Source: Lenisia limosa (taxonomy: Eukaryota; Protista; Breviatea). From it: DNA of 50,411 nucleotides. The notes beneath the pieces were generated by a model. It saw nothing but the letters and a program-made list of their open reading frames with translations, did no database searches and was not told the DNA's origin. The stretch spans positions 1 to 50,411 of the forward strand of contig LPNZ01011109.1 in assembly GCA_001655205.1 (NCBI GenBank). Reading direction: 5' to 3'. The translations under genes were made by a program, and so were the position numbers. Below, in pieces: positions 35,739 through 48,122 of the stretch (the stretch's first letter is position 1; each line of letters starts with the position of its first letter).

Positions 35739-38700
35739 CTAAGAAAGAAGTTCGACGTCGATAGAAGCGACAGGGTCGGTATCTCGACTGTGTTTCACTA
35801 CCTAAAAATGATGACAAATGATGAAGCCACCAAGTCAAACCTTAACATGATCCACAATGATGCCGTCGACGCCGGCCTTTTCCTGAGCCTTGACGTTCTC
35901 GGGGTTGTTATTGAGCGACCCGTACGTCAATAGAAGAAGATTGTTGGACTTGACGTGGTTGACCAGCCTTGGCGCATTGATGATGGGAGGGCAGAAGGAC
36001 ACCACTCCAGCAAGGTTGATAGAACGCGCAAACCACACTGCAGCCTGCGAGGTTACAAATATGTATTAAGGACTTTTTTTGGTGCACATTTATTGAAACA
36101 AGGATAATATAATCCAGCTAGGAAGGTACCTCTAAAGACACAGTTGCGGGGTGAGGGATGACTCCCATCATTTTGGCTTCCTCCATGTCCCTAGGGTTCC
36201 CTGGGTCGTCAATCAAGACAACACGCATCCACTGCTACCCCAGAAAAAAAAAGTGTCCAACCAGCGGAAGTGAGGAAGAGAACAGGGAACTGGGGCTGCT
36301 TCAGTCGAGCTGGAGTGTGAAGAAAAGGAGTAAATAAGGGAAGTCTAAATTTATGTAGTATTAATTGATGACTATAATATGATATACTATGTACATCAGC
36401 ACATTATAAGCTGAAGTTTCATCACTATTCCCCCCCTATCCCTTAAAAGCATTGAGAGCTTCGCCCACTAATGATGCAAATTTCAGGACAGAAAGAGCTG
36501 AAAAAGATTTGCCTGTCTCCAGCCTTGTCAAAAACAAGCTAAACGAGTGAGTGAAAAAAGGACAACCAGTTGTCTTACCTTGAGAATAGTATCTACGTAG
36601 GTATTGACAGTGGGGAAAACCGCTCGAGGTTTGGCCAGATTGAAGTTGAGAGGGTACTTCAACTCAATGTTAAATCCGCATGTTGTAGGAACTTTCACCA
36701 AGAGATCTTCCAAACTGCTCGCAATAAGACGTGGTATCAAGCCATCACAAATGTGGAAAATGTAATACTTACGTTGGGTAGCAGTCTTCAATCGTGTTAT
36801 TCGCCTCCTTCCAGCGCTAAAGGTGGTAAGTAACAAAAACTCAATACGCAGTATCCCCACGCATACAGCTGTGCTTGTCATTTGAAGATCGTCAACCGTC
36901 TGAGTCTTCCTTCTAAACTGCTGTCTATCCCTGGGATGTTAGTGTTCAAGTAAAAAAAAACAAAAAACAGAAGAAATATCTCAAAGACGTACTTTTTGAG
37001 GATACTGAAGTTTTTGAATTGTTTCAGTGTCAAGTTGTGAATGTATGTTTCGTAGCCGTGTTGAAGGGGAATCTGGAGAGTGTCAGAAAAATAGGCTCTA
37101 TTCATTATTTCTTCTCATAACACCAACAATCCTCACCGAGAAGTTGTGGTAAATGACAGGAACCATGTCGGCAGTCAATTGCACGTCGAATTCAACAAAC
37201 TCGGCTCCCTACAGGATGAAAGCAGAGATGTGAACAATAATGAAAAGTAAAAACATAATGACAACATACAGCTCTTGCGGCTTCTTGGAAGGAAAGAAGG
37301 GTGTTTTCACGAATGTGGAACTGCCTGTCGAGTGCATTGTTACCAGCACCGGCGCCACGATGACCAATTAACTTCAGAATATGAACAGAGATTTACAAAA
37401 GGTCATAAAAACATATTGAATCAGTCCTTTTTCAGTTAACCCCAAATGTGACAACAACAAAAAAAAGATACCCAAATCATGGATACAATAACAGAAACGG
37501 CATTATGGGGCAGACCTTGGTTTTAATCGGATCCCATCGCAGAAGTCCCAACGATTGTGTTGAAGAGGGGTGCATGTGCTGAGATGTCAGAAAACAGTAG
37601 CAATGGTAACGAGTCGTACTGGGAGGATGAAGAGGAACTCGAAAGAGAGTGTGGCAATGGGGGCCAAACGGGGCGACAAGACAGTGACAGAGGCGTAGCC
37701 ATGTTCCTTCGTGATGTGCTGTGGATAGTGATGATGATGATGGTGATGATGATGATAAATAGTGATGATGATGATGAATAGTGACGCAGCCTCAATTAAG
37801 GCATATGACGACTGACCATATCATTGAGGAAAGCTCTTCCGACCAACGCGTGTGACCCTAAAGAGTTAGGCACCCTGTAGTAAACATGAACCACGAACCG
37901 GGTTCGATCAAATCGATCTGCAGGGAATGCAGGTCCTCTTTGTTACTCGCTGTCCATGTCATCGTAATACCTCCCTCATGCTTCATAGGGTACTAGAGAG
38001 TCAGTAACCCCATATATCTGGGCGTACCTGAGCTGTTTGCGGCCGGGGGCGTGATGACTTTGACAGGTGCGGCGAAATAATGACACTTCCAACCTGGAGG
38101 TAAAGGAGGGTTTTACACTTAATTTTTTACTATTTTCAAAACAGTTTTAGCTCAGATACACAACCCATTGCTTATTGAGAGTCACGAGGACGCACCTCAA
38201 CTTCTTGATCAAGGAGGGACAAACTCTCCCGCGTCAGTGTAATGCGTAACTGATGAGACGACACAAGCCATCCTTCCTCCACATAACTAAGGATGTCAGC
38301 CCTGCTTGACCCCACCCCCAAAATCACATTATCAAATCCCCCATTCCAACCGTTGCTGTCTTGAAAGGGCGACAACAGAAGGCAAATGGACAAAGCCGAA
38401 AACGGACAGAGGGAGGTGCTCACAAGGTTCTGGAGATGTGAATGAAATAAAATGGTAGCGCACCATTGATGTACACGGTTCTTGGCCGAGGCAGAGCTTC
38501 CCAGCGCTTCAGATGGTTGCCACTTCGAATGATGTATTTGTACTGATACGCCTTATCAAGTTGGAGGAACGACACATCGGCCGTCCAATTGACGCGAGAG
38601 TTATCAACAGGATCGGCAACCTTGGTCATTGGAATTGCGTAGGCAGGATCCCAGCAGCCGAAGATCTTCTCCTCACCAACAATGCAGATGTACTCACTGC

Positions 38701-41700
38701 CAAGGGTGACAAGGGTGACAAGGGTGAAATAAGCCTCAACCTTTGCAGACCTTTCGCGAAGGGGCTGGTCAGTGGTCACATTGAAAGTCACGGTGCAGTC
38801 CAAGACTGCCACAGTACTAGTCGACCTCGTGAACCTCGGGCCAACATATGCCGTGTTTGTAATATCCGTCACTATGGAGAAATGAGAAAATAACAGCCAC
38901 ACCGCCAAGTCAACAAAGGCACGGAAAGTGATGACACACTAACAAATTTAGCAATGAGAAATATAAAAAATATGGTTGTATCTGGCCTAAGCCGTCCACA
39001 CCATCACNNNNNNNNNNNNNNNNNNNNNNNNNNNNNNNNNNNNNNNNNNNNNNNNNNNNACAACTAACATACCAAGTGGAAGGTCTGTGAGAATCTTAGA
39101 CGTTGGCGATGGAAGCGCCTCAGGGCTCGACATGGGGCTGCCCATCTCATCCGTCTGGTATCCCATACTGGACTTTGGGATAGAAATGGCAGGGGAAGAT
39201 CTGCGGGTCATAAAAGAGGTCAAGAAGGCTTACCTTGGAACCTGGATATCTGGTGACGCGAACGGTGCCGAGCCTAACTCCTTCCGACTGGCAAGCCCCT
39301 CGCTCTGGAGAATGAACTCGACAAATGAGACCCACCTTTTGCTTTTCCTGTCTTCTTTGGTTCTGGACCCTGTTGTGGAACGAGTTTCTTGCAGCTTTGA
39401 GTTCGGCTTCGTTATCCTCAGCATGGGTGCGGCACACTTCGCCAACCTACATGGGTCATTCATAGTTGTTGATAATTGTGACAAAAAGGTCAGGAACATG
39501 AAATCTTTGTTGACATTAATTGATGATAATATGACAAGTAATGCCCCCACTCCCCCTACTGAAAGATGTCCCCTCCAATTTGCAGTCACAAAAGGAGTCC
39601 AACTCTAAACAGTAAAAAGAGAACTTCTCTCGGCTCGGTAGTTCATTTCATATGTATGTTCAAAGACATGATGATACAACAGTCATCCTCAAACGTATTT
39701 ATCTCTGAGGTTTTTGGTGCAACCGTACTCCACCAGAAGAGTAGCACACTGCAAATGGCCCTCATGACACGCGTCATGAAGAGCAGTCTGACCACGGCGA
39801 TCTTGGTGGTTTACTACTTCCTCCAGAATGTTCCTGCTTTTGGCAGCCTTGAGGATAAAGTCGATGCAGCTAGGGTTGCCGTACGCCGCCGCTGGAAGGT
39901 CATGTGACAAGCAACAAACAAACCCTTGTTGAGGGGAGAGCGGAGGTCGTTGTTGAGGGGTGCAATGTTGATCTCCTTATGCTGACACAGAACTTCAGCC
40001 GACCGGCCGGACCCAAGCTGCGGCGGTAAAAGCAATAGGAAACTAGCATCATATTGAAGCCATCCATCTACATTTCTAAGGGATATGATTGATTATATTT
40101 GATGATTCACCAAATTATTGAATATTGGGTGTGATGTAGCACTGGAAGCAACAAACAACAATCGATATATTCTATAGACATACACGTACGTATATGATAT
40201 ATATATATCATATATGAAATCTTATGTTGAGCAGAAATACGGTTTCAGAGAGAATATGAAGGCAGACCTGGCAGGCGATATGAAGTGGACTGTTTCCGTT
40301 TTTATCAGTCAGATTAGCCGCGGCAGGGGAGACGCGACTCAGCATTTCAACAACCTGACAAGTCAAGTTCAGGTTAGGTGCATTTTAGTAAAGCTGCTTG
40401 AAGAGACAGAAGTAGAGTATGAAACACGATGCCTACATCACTAGCGTCATTTGAGACAGCAATATGAACGGGAGAAGCACCGTTATCATCAGGGTGTGAC
40501 AGGGACGAAATGCCTGCACACGATACTAAGGTGTGTCATCTTCAACAAAAGAATGTGAAATTGCACCAGATGGACAAACATTCTGAATCCCATACATCAT
40601 ATATCCTTTATCCCATACATCATATATCCTTTATCCTTTCCAGGAACAATTACTTTGGATCCAGAATATCAAACAAAACAAATACCAACCTGGCTTGTCG
40701 GAAGAAGGGCTCAAAGGGCTCATGGTTGACACCTTGGCTGAGGGCGACTTGATGCTCAACAGCGAAACGCTGGACTCCATCACTGACCCGGCAACTGCGG
40801 CATCCACACTCGGTCTGCAAGGTGAACGTCGTGGAAAAAAATAGTTTTGAGACATTCATGGGGCAATCCCAATATAATGGTACCATCATACTCCATTGCA
40901 ACAACATTGGTATCTTGAACATCCTCAGTCTCCAGCACTTCAGCATCTTCTGACTCAAATCGGCTCAAAACGCTACACCGTTAAAGGATCGAATACATCA
41001 TTGAGAACTGACACTGCAAAAAACAAAGGCCAAGTACATATGATACGATTCGTTTGTGTTAAAAAAAAAGCGAAGTTTTGGAAATTTAAATGGAGCCCCA
41101 GTACTTAGGGCAGAAAAGAGAGCGGCAGAGCTCCAAAGAGCCTTGCAAAGCAGCTACATGCATCGGGGTTCTTCCATTAGCGCCTGAACTGTTAAAGACT
41201 TGTCCCAAAGCCTATTTATCACGCACCGGGGATATTAGCGGAGCTGCCTTTGGAAACTAAAAGAGCGGCAATGTCGGCACGGCTGTTTTGGACCGCAACA
41301 TGAACTACACTCATAAGAACCGCTACCAAGAATGGCACTCACGTGGTGTGTCACTGGAGTTGTTCTGAACATCAGGGTTTACATTCGCTCCATGGAGATA
41401 GAAGAAAAGCTCAAGGTCTCCAATGTCTCCAATACGGGCGAGATGATGCAGGGTTCTGGAGGGGTTAACAGAAAACCTATCCTGGACAGCTTACGTCATT
41501 CCACGGAAGTCGGAAGCTTCAGGAGTGCACACGTGGACTGCCTTCATCAGTGTGTGCACTACGGCACGGGTAGCTGGTAGTTGTTCCATTGCTCTAGAAC
41601 ATAAAGACTAGCCTTGGCAACTACAGAAATGGAAATAGCAAAATTTCATAAAAATGTCTGGGAAGCGTACTTGTGAAGAGTCAAGGTACAAGCCTCAATT

Positions 41701-43422
41701 GACTGCAGATCAGGCTTCATTTGTTGGAGATACTCCTGAAGCTGGCCTAACTTACTAATATGACTCAGCATCTACGGAGTCAGTAACGTAATCGGAAAGA
41801 GTCCAAACCTTAAGTTCACTGAAAGCTGTCTCCTTTGGGGTCTTGATCGAATTGCGTGCGGATGTTGTGTGCATTTGCTGAAGTATAAATGATACTAGGT
41901 CATATAAAAAAAACATTATTTTTGACATCCTGATGAAGACGATGTAAGTAGCAAGGAGTATTTGGTATAAACTCAATTTGTGTTCAAAAGCTGAATCACT
42001 ATTCGTCTCTGTCTCCTAACATACGACCGTGTAACAAATCCATCTCAGCCCTTATCATTTCCATCTCACAGATGATCCAATTGGGAAGAAGTTCTGTGCT
42101 GTGACCTGAACAGTGAGAGGAAACACTTATTGAGCAAGGAGGTATTACAACACTAGTCCCACCAAGTTGGCAACAGGGGGGCGTGCGAACGTGATTTCTA
42201 CAATGTGAAACAGCACAAAGTACTAAGAATATATTGTTCTTTCACACAAACCATTAGTGGCGGAGGGAGCAGACGAAGCAAGAAGGTCCAGCCTCTCGAT
42301 CTGCTGTGCAACTGCCTCCACCATGTCCTGTGCCTGGTATGGCGTACTGAAAGCAGCCGTCTCAACCTGAAAGATCATGTCATTGGTACTTAAATGTATC
42401 TCTACTCGGCTTCGTTAGGTCGAAGTGAAGCAAGGGCAATGTAAAACAAGAGAAATATCAACGTTGGGAGGTGCAAGAAAAACTAAGCTCTTATCCTGTG
42501 AATTAAAAGGTTTCAAAATCTAATTTGCATAGCACAAAACTCTCTCCCAACCCCTATTAAGTAAACAATATAAACTCTGTTGAAAGGAGACACGAATAGA
42601 TCGGAATGTGCTGACGTGTACCCCCCCCAAAAAAACAGAAGAAATAAATCTCGAGATGCCAACCTTTTGCTCCAAATATTCGTCCATTGTTATAAGGCCA
42701 GTGTTTTTATCATGTTTCTTGAGAGCCTTGCGGAAGCCCTGGAAAGTGAAAAGTGCCGAAGGTAGTGGCGATCGGGCTAATTCATGAACGATTAAGCCTC
42801 GGCCTGCTCCTCACAGTCTTATTCCACTCGCAGAACGACATCAATTGGACAAGACGGTGGCGAAGCTCAACAAATGACCATCTGGCATATTGGAAGGCAG
42901 CCTAAGGAGGTTAGCCCGCTTGCCCCCCCCCCCCCNNNNNNNNNNNNNNNNNNNNNNNNNNNNNNNNNNNNNNNNNNNNNNNNNNNNNNNNNNNNNNNNN
43001 NGCAAAAGTACGATACTGTATGAAAAGCAAGGTTGGGGTAAGTATCAGAAAGTTGCATAATATCGTCCCAACCAAACCTGATCCACGGTTCCAGCCTCCA
43101 CAAATGTGTTGACTTTGGCAACAAGATTAGTGTATTGACCTGATATATAAAACGACAATACTGAGCAACCAACCGGAGAACTCTTTATTCTTCCATAAAT
43201 AGAATGAGGACACCTTATCCAATTGCTGATCTAGTTCATTGAAAAAGGATGCTGGCTCTTTTTCAATGATGTGTTTCAAGAGCCTGAAAGATTACACAAG
43301 TAAAGTAGCACCGGCAAACTTGTAAGAAATGTAATAGGATGACCAAACAGGAATGCAAGCCTCTTTTAATGCTTTTCCAAACTAAAAGTCAATGGGATGG
43401 TTCCTGAAAGAAGTACCTTCAT
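35739..43422 (-). CDS. GDE1: Glycerophosphodiester phosphodiesterase with SPX, ankyrin repeats, CBM20 and GDPD domains (Gde1/GPCPD1-like); C-terminus may extend to ~35490
   Basis: SPX: [50 protein letters not shown]. Ankyrin exons 39690-41500 ([35 protein letters not shown]). CBM20 38470-38800. GDPD: [62 protein letters not shown]. Confidence 0.88.
37719..37781. repeat. (GAT)n microsatellite within the GDPD gene
   Basis: Runs of gatgatgat. Confidence 0.85.
38949..39059 (+). repeat. Dispersed repeat family copy 4, in an intron of the GDPD gene, running into an N gap
   Basis: tagcaatgagaaata matches 3184; gtatctggcctaagccgtccacaccatcac matches 10783-10812. Confidence 0.8.
40588..40636. repeat. 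Perfect 23 nt tandem duplication in an intron
   Basis: tcccatacatcatatatccttta x2. Confidence 0.9.
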
Positions 43423-43717
43423 AGTGGAAATGCAACGAGCGGATGGAAAAAACTAATTCCACCAAATATCAACTTTTTATGAATATAACAATCCGTAAAT
43501 GCCAATAACTTTAGAAATAACGGGTTGAGTTACAAGCTCATGACTAACAAAGAATGTATTGGGAATAAATGGTCTAAAATTCAATTAGTTTACTCTCTTT
43601 ATAAAGAAAACTTAACGCTTCTATTTCAGATTCCAACAGATTCCAATTTTTCACTGAAAATATGCCAGGTGGGGACGGGAGCCGAAAATTTGCCCCGGGG
43701 GTCCAAAAACTAGTTCA

Positions 43718-46700
43718 ATGGAAATGACTGGAAGTGGAGAAACATGGGTATATCAACATATTCTACTACCCCATGGGAGGAAGTTCTGAAAAACAGTGAA
43801 CAGTGAAACAGAAGCAAGAAAAAAAAGAAGAACCTGAGGAACTGTTGGAGGAATGGAGGAATGAAGATGAGAAGTAATTGGAGATAATTTCAAAACACNN
43901 NNNNNNNNNNNNNNNNNNNNNNNNNNNNNNNNNNNNNNNNNNNNNNNNNNNNNNNNNNNNNNNNNNNNNNNTTACCTATCCCTTGCTTTCTTACCACTCC
44001 TTAACCCAAGATTATGATACTGAGTAGTTCATTACCAAGATAGGCGCAAGTTCTGTTTGTATTTGTGACTCTTCCATTTGCATCATGACGTAAGGGGTGT
44101 TTCAGTTCATGTATTGCATTATTTGGCATTAACTGTTTAGTCGAACAAAGGCGTCTGCAAAGAAAGCTAAGAAAAGTGGTGTCCTGTCTCATAAGGATTT
44201 GTCTGCACTTCTCTTTCAACCTCGCTGTGTTGAGACCACTGCTGCTATCCCTGATATTTCCCCCCATAAGTTCAAAATTAAACCTCGCCTACCCAGCCCG
44301 ACAGTGCTTGACGCTCCAGCCGTTTCTCCCAAAACTAATGCGCCGGTTATTCACCACTCAAGGCCCGTACGGAATTTCCAGCCAAGCGTTGCTCCCCCTT
44401 TGACACCCCCAAGAACGTCTTCCCCACTCCTACTTCTTCCACCACAATTCGTTTCTCAAGCCCCGCCTCCTGTCAAACAGCCCTCCCCGCCCCGCACGCA
44501 GAACGCAACCCCTCCNNNNNNNNNNNNNNNNNNNNNNNNNNNNNNNNNNNNNNNNNNNNNNNNNNNNNNNNNNNNNNNNNNNNNNNNNNNNNNNNNNNNN
44601 NNNNNNNNNNNNNNNNNNNNNNNNNNNNNNNNNNNNNNTATTTGACACGTCGAATGACCACGTGCTGGGTCTCCCGAACTTCCAGAGGTCCGTTGCCTTC
44701 CAACGTCCCGTGTCACCAGGTGTGTGCCGTTTACTATCATGTTTGATATACTAATACATTTTTTATATGGTATCTCTCATATTGCTATATTCTGTTTTTA
44801 TATGATATCAGAGTATATATTACTATTTAGTACTATACTATATCATATGATATGTACATGTATATGGTACACTGACTGTGATGAGTCCTGACACAATTGA
44901 CTAAGATAAAGCTCAATATCCGTTTTATGTCTTATTGTGGTCACTGTGATCTATATATATACATATACATATAGCTATATATATATATCTATTATATATC
45001 GATATATTATATATGATATAGCAATTTCTTGTTATCATCATTTTGTAATATAAAAATATAGTGGATTATATTCACATAGTATGATATGTTTGTCGAATAT
45101 GTATTATTTAAACCATTTCTACTCATTTTTTAGTTCCAAAATCAAGCGTCAACGTTGCCAGCTCACCAGCAATTCGTTTAAACTCCGCACCTCCCAAGTT
45201 ACAGGAACAGTCTCCCAAGGACCAGGCAACTCAAATAACGAAATTCAGAGTAACCATACCGGCTGCTCTCCAAACAGAAATACTGTTGGAGGGGTGCTTT
45301 CTCTCCTTCACTCAAATTGCAATTTTTTTTCTCCTCATAAAACAGACTAACGCCTTCATCAAGGAGTGAATTTCCAAAAGTATGACCCTGAGAACTGTTA
45401 TCCTTTAGGAATATAGTCCAACGAATCTTCACGATCCTACCGAATTACTCAAGCGCCCCCCTATTATCCTTCCGTCTTCCCCTAGTCACCCCTCCCTCAT
45501 TGATCATGACATTCCACCGCTTGATCTCAAAAAACCTGAATGTATGTGAAATACAAACATGAAATGTCAAGTTTTAGTTCAGCCACTCCACCACTTAGTG
45601 TCAAATTCCATTGCGCCACAGAATCCTCTTCTTACTGCGTATGTGCTTGTAAAATGCTGTGTATATTTTTGTCTTTGCGTACTAATATTTAGTGCCAAAA
45701 GGGTGAATGTTTTAAGTGCGAAAGGCCAGGCAAGTCGAACTAAATCAGCAATGAAATTCATGTAAGCCATTTATTTGCTTCCAGCTTATTCCATTCAGGT
45801 CAAATGAGGTTCGATTAAAACTACTCAGTGAGTTGGAAAGCAATAACGTACCCCAAACAATCCAAAGCATCATTGCTTGACTTTTATCCAACAATCCAGA
45901 GCGTGTTGTTTATTGCTTGCATACGGGAGTAATTCTGATACTTTCAGAGCAAAAACTATCACATAAGGAGGACAAAAAGCTAACAACATTTATGAAGGAA
46001 GTAAGAGTAAGCTTAGCTTATTGTTACAGATTATCTGTCAAAATTACCAAAACGGTTTATTTCACTTTTTTAGAAAGCGCGAATGTCTGGAAAGCCAGGT
46101 GGGGGTGGGGTGGGTGTAGTTAGCATTTCTTTGAAATATTGTGAGTCTCAATGATGATATTATTGTACCTTAACGATTTTAGTTGAATCGCCAATGAAAC
46201 CCGAGGTTAGTGACAGAATTGAAACGTTATGATGCTATTGGACCCCCCATCCAATATGCAGTGTTGAGAATTTGTTTTTTTGGTATTATAAATCCTAATC
46301 TCCAATAGAGTCATTTAATCGTTGTAGAAAGAAGGCGGTTTCACGAAAGTTGGCCGCTCATTCTTCGTTCGACACAGTTCAACACTACTCCGACTAACAC
46401 CAAAAAAGAAGCATCTTCATCGAAAGAAGGACTTGAACATCCCTACTCAGTTGTTCAAAGGTAGCCACTCCTTTCAGTGTCACTTAATCTAGATGCCAAA
46501 AGTCAGAAATTCATTCCAAAGCTCTGTAAACGCTTCACAAAAAAAGGTACAGTATTATGAATTGGACAGTAAACTTGCGATATCATTCTATTGACCCGCA
46601 GGTAAATGCCCAAAAAATGAAGCCTGTCCCTACATCCATTCCCCAGATGATGTCGCCGTTTGTAACAAGTTCTTGACAGTGAGTTTCTTGAAGACATCTC

Positions 46701-47241
46701 AGTCATCATGTTCCAGGGAAGCTGTACTAATCCGAACTGTCTACTTCGACACAAGGCAGATAAAAAGAAACTTCCTTCATGTGTCTTCTTTCTCATCGGT
46801 GTGTTGAGCTGCTTTTTTTTACTGTGTTTGTCCTAGTATTGGATCCAAATCACACACTCCATTTTGATCACTTTTTTACAGGCAGCTGTTCCCGTGAAGA
46901 CTGTGTCTATCCCCATATTATGTACGAAAAGAACAGTGCTATTTGCGAGGTATGTAAAAAACACAATTGTCTAATCTCTAGGACTTTCTCCTGGGTATTT
47001 GTACGCGTGGTCCTGAGTGTACTAAAATTCACTCTTTCACATGTCCGGATTTCCTCCAAACAGGTTTGTGGTGAGGTGAAAAGAGAATAATTCTTAAGGA
47101 GGTTCTTGTTCCAGACCCCTGTGCCCTTTGAAGCACATTCGCCCGGTCAAAAAGGTTGTAACTGAAAAGGTTTGGCTGGAGGGAATGGCATTGCTGTTAA
47201 TTAGCCACCTTTTGGTTTATAAGACCAACACAGTATCTTAA
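43718..47241 (+). CDS. ZC3H3: ZC3H3/Red5-like protein with five C-terminal CCCH zinc fingers and Pro-rich N-terminal region
   Basis: LCKRFTKKGKCPKNEACPYIHSPDDVAVCNKFLTGSCTNPNCLLRH...CVFFLIGSCSREDCVYPH...ICEDFLLGICTRGPECTKIHSFTCPDFLQTGGSCSRPLCPLKH follows the ZC3H3 finger spacing. N-terminal exons are interrupted by gaps. Confidence 0.78.
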
Positions 47242-47771
47242 AATAATGAATATGCGGCCGTTCACAATTCTGGTTTTTTGGTAGTTCAAGTTTTTTTTTG
47301 TTTATGCTTGAAATATAATTCTATTATATGATATACTATATGATATGATATAAGATATTATGTGATATAATATAATATGTTATATTTTAGTTATTATTAT
47401 CCAGGATAATATCTCTTAGAATTAATTCCAAAGGTGGTTCAGTCCTTTTTTTATTTTTCAAAAAAAAATATTAAAAAATTTGTGTTAAGTAATTAAAATG
47501 ACCCCTCGGGATAATACCGCAGGGTAGTTTTCCAGATGAAACAACTTCGGGGAACTTTTTTAAAAATGCCCATTTTCGCGACTCAGGGGCACAACCAACA
47601 CTGCCATATTGTCTATATCCATTTTAAGAATTTTCATGTCTGGACTACTTTTTTATTTTATTTGAAAAACTACCCTGAGGAATCATCCCGAAGGGTCATA
47701 TCATTACTTACGCAATTATTTCAATTTATTTTTACACAATCAAATATTGCACAACTGTTTTATCCACCCTT

Positions 47772-48032
47772 TTGTTGACAATTCAGCCGAAGCCAAAGCC
47801 AACCAAGAGTACAGAGCTGACCGGCCTTGCGCATTGGGACGACTGGGACCTTTTGGATGAGTCCAGTGACGATGAGTCAGAAACGGACCTTGACTCCGGC
47901 ACGGACTCCGACCAGGATAGTGACGTTGTCTTCAAAATGTACAGCGATGACAAAAAAGAAAGCGCCCGCTTGGTGGACGATAGAGGCACCGAGTACGAAG
48001 TCGAGTCTTTAGAAGGAACCCCTTCAAAATGA
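47772..48032 (+). CDS. Small acidic ORF, probably the last exon of an unknown gene
   Basis: HWDDWDLLDESSDDESETDLDSGTDSDQDSD..., GC-richer than flanks, preceded by an acceptor-like ttgacaattcag. Confidence 0.4.
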   Translation: MLTIQPKPKPTKSTELTGLAHWDDWDLLDESSDDESETDLDSGTDSDQDSDVVFKMYSDDKKESARLVDDRGTEYEVESLEGTPSK

Positions 48033-48122
48033 CACTGTTTTTATCTTTCATGTTTAGATTGTTTTTCTGTTTTCTGTTTCCTGAGAAATGTAGTGATTTC
48101 ATTCGAAATAATAAATAATGAA

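Noticed and set aside
37900-37915. ggttcgatc resembling a tRNA T-loop
   Set aside because: Lies in GDPD coding sequence and has no cloverleaf. No tRNA, rRNA or snRNA genes were recognised in the window.
44876-44900. ctgtgatgagtcctga resembling a hammerhead core or C/D box
   Set aside because: No matching GGAC-GAAA strand, and C and D boxes are too close for a snoRNA.
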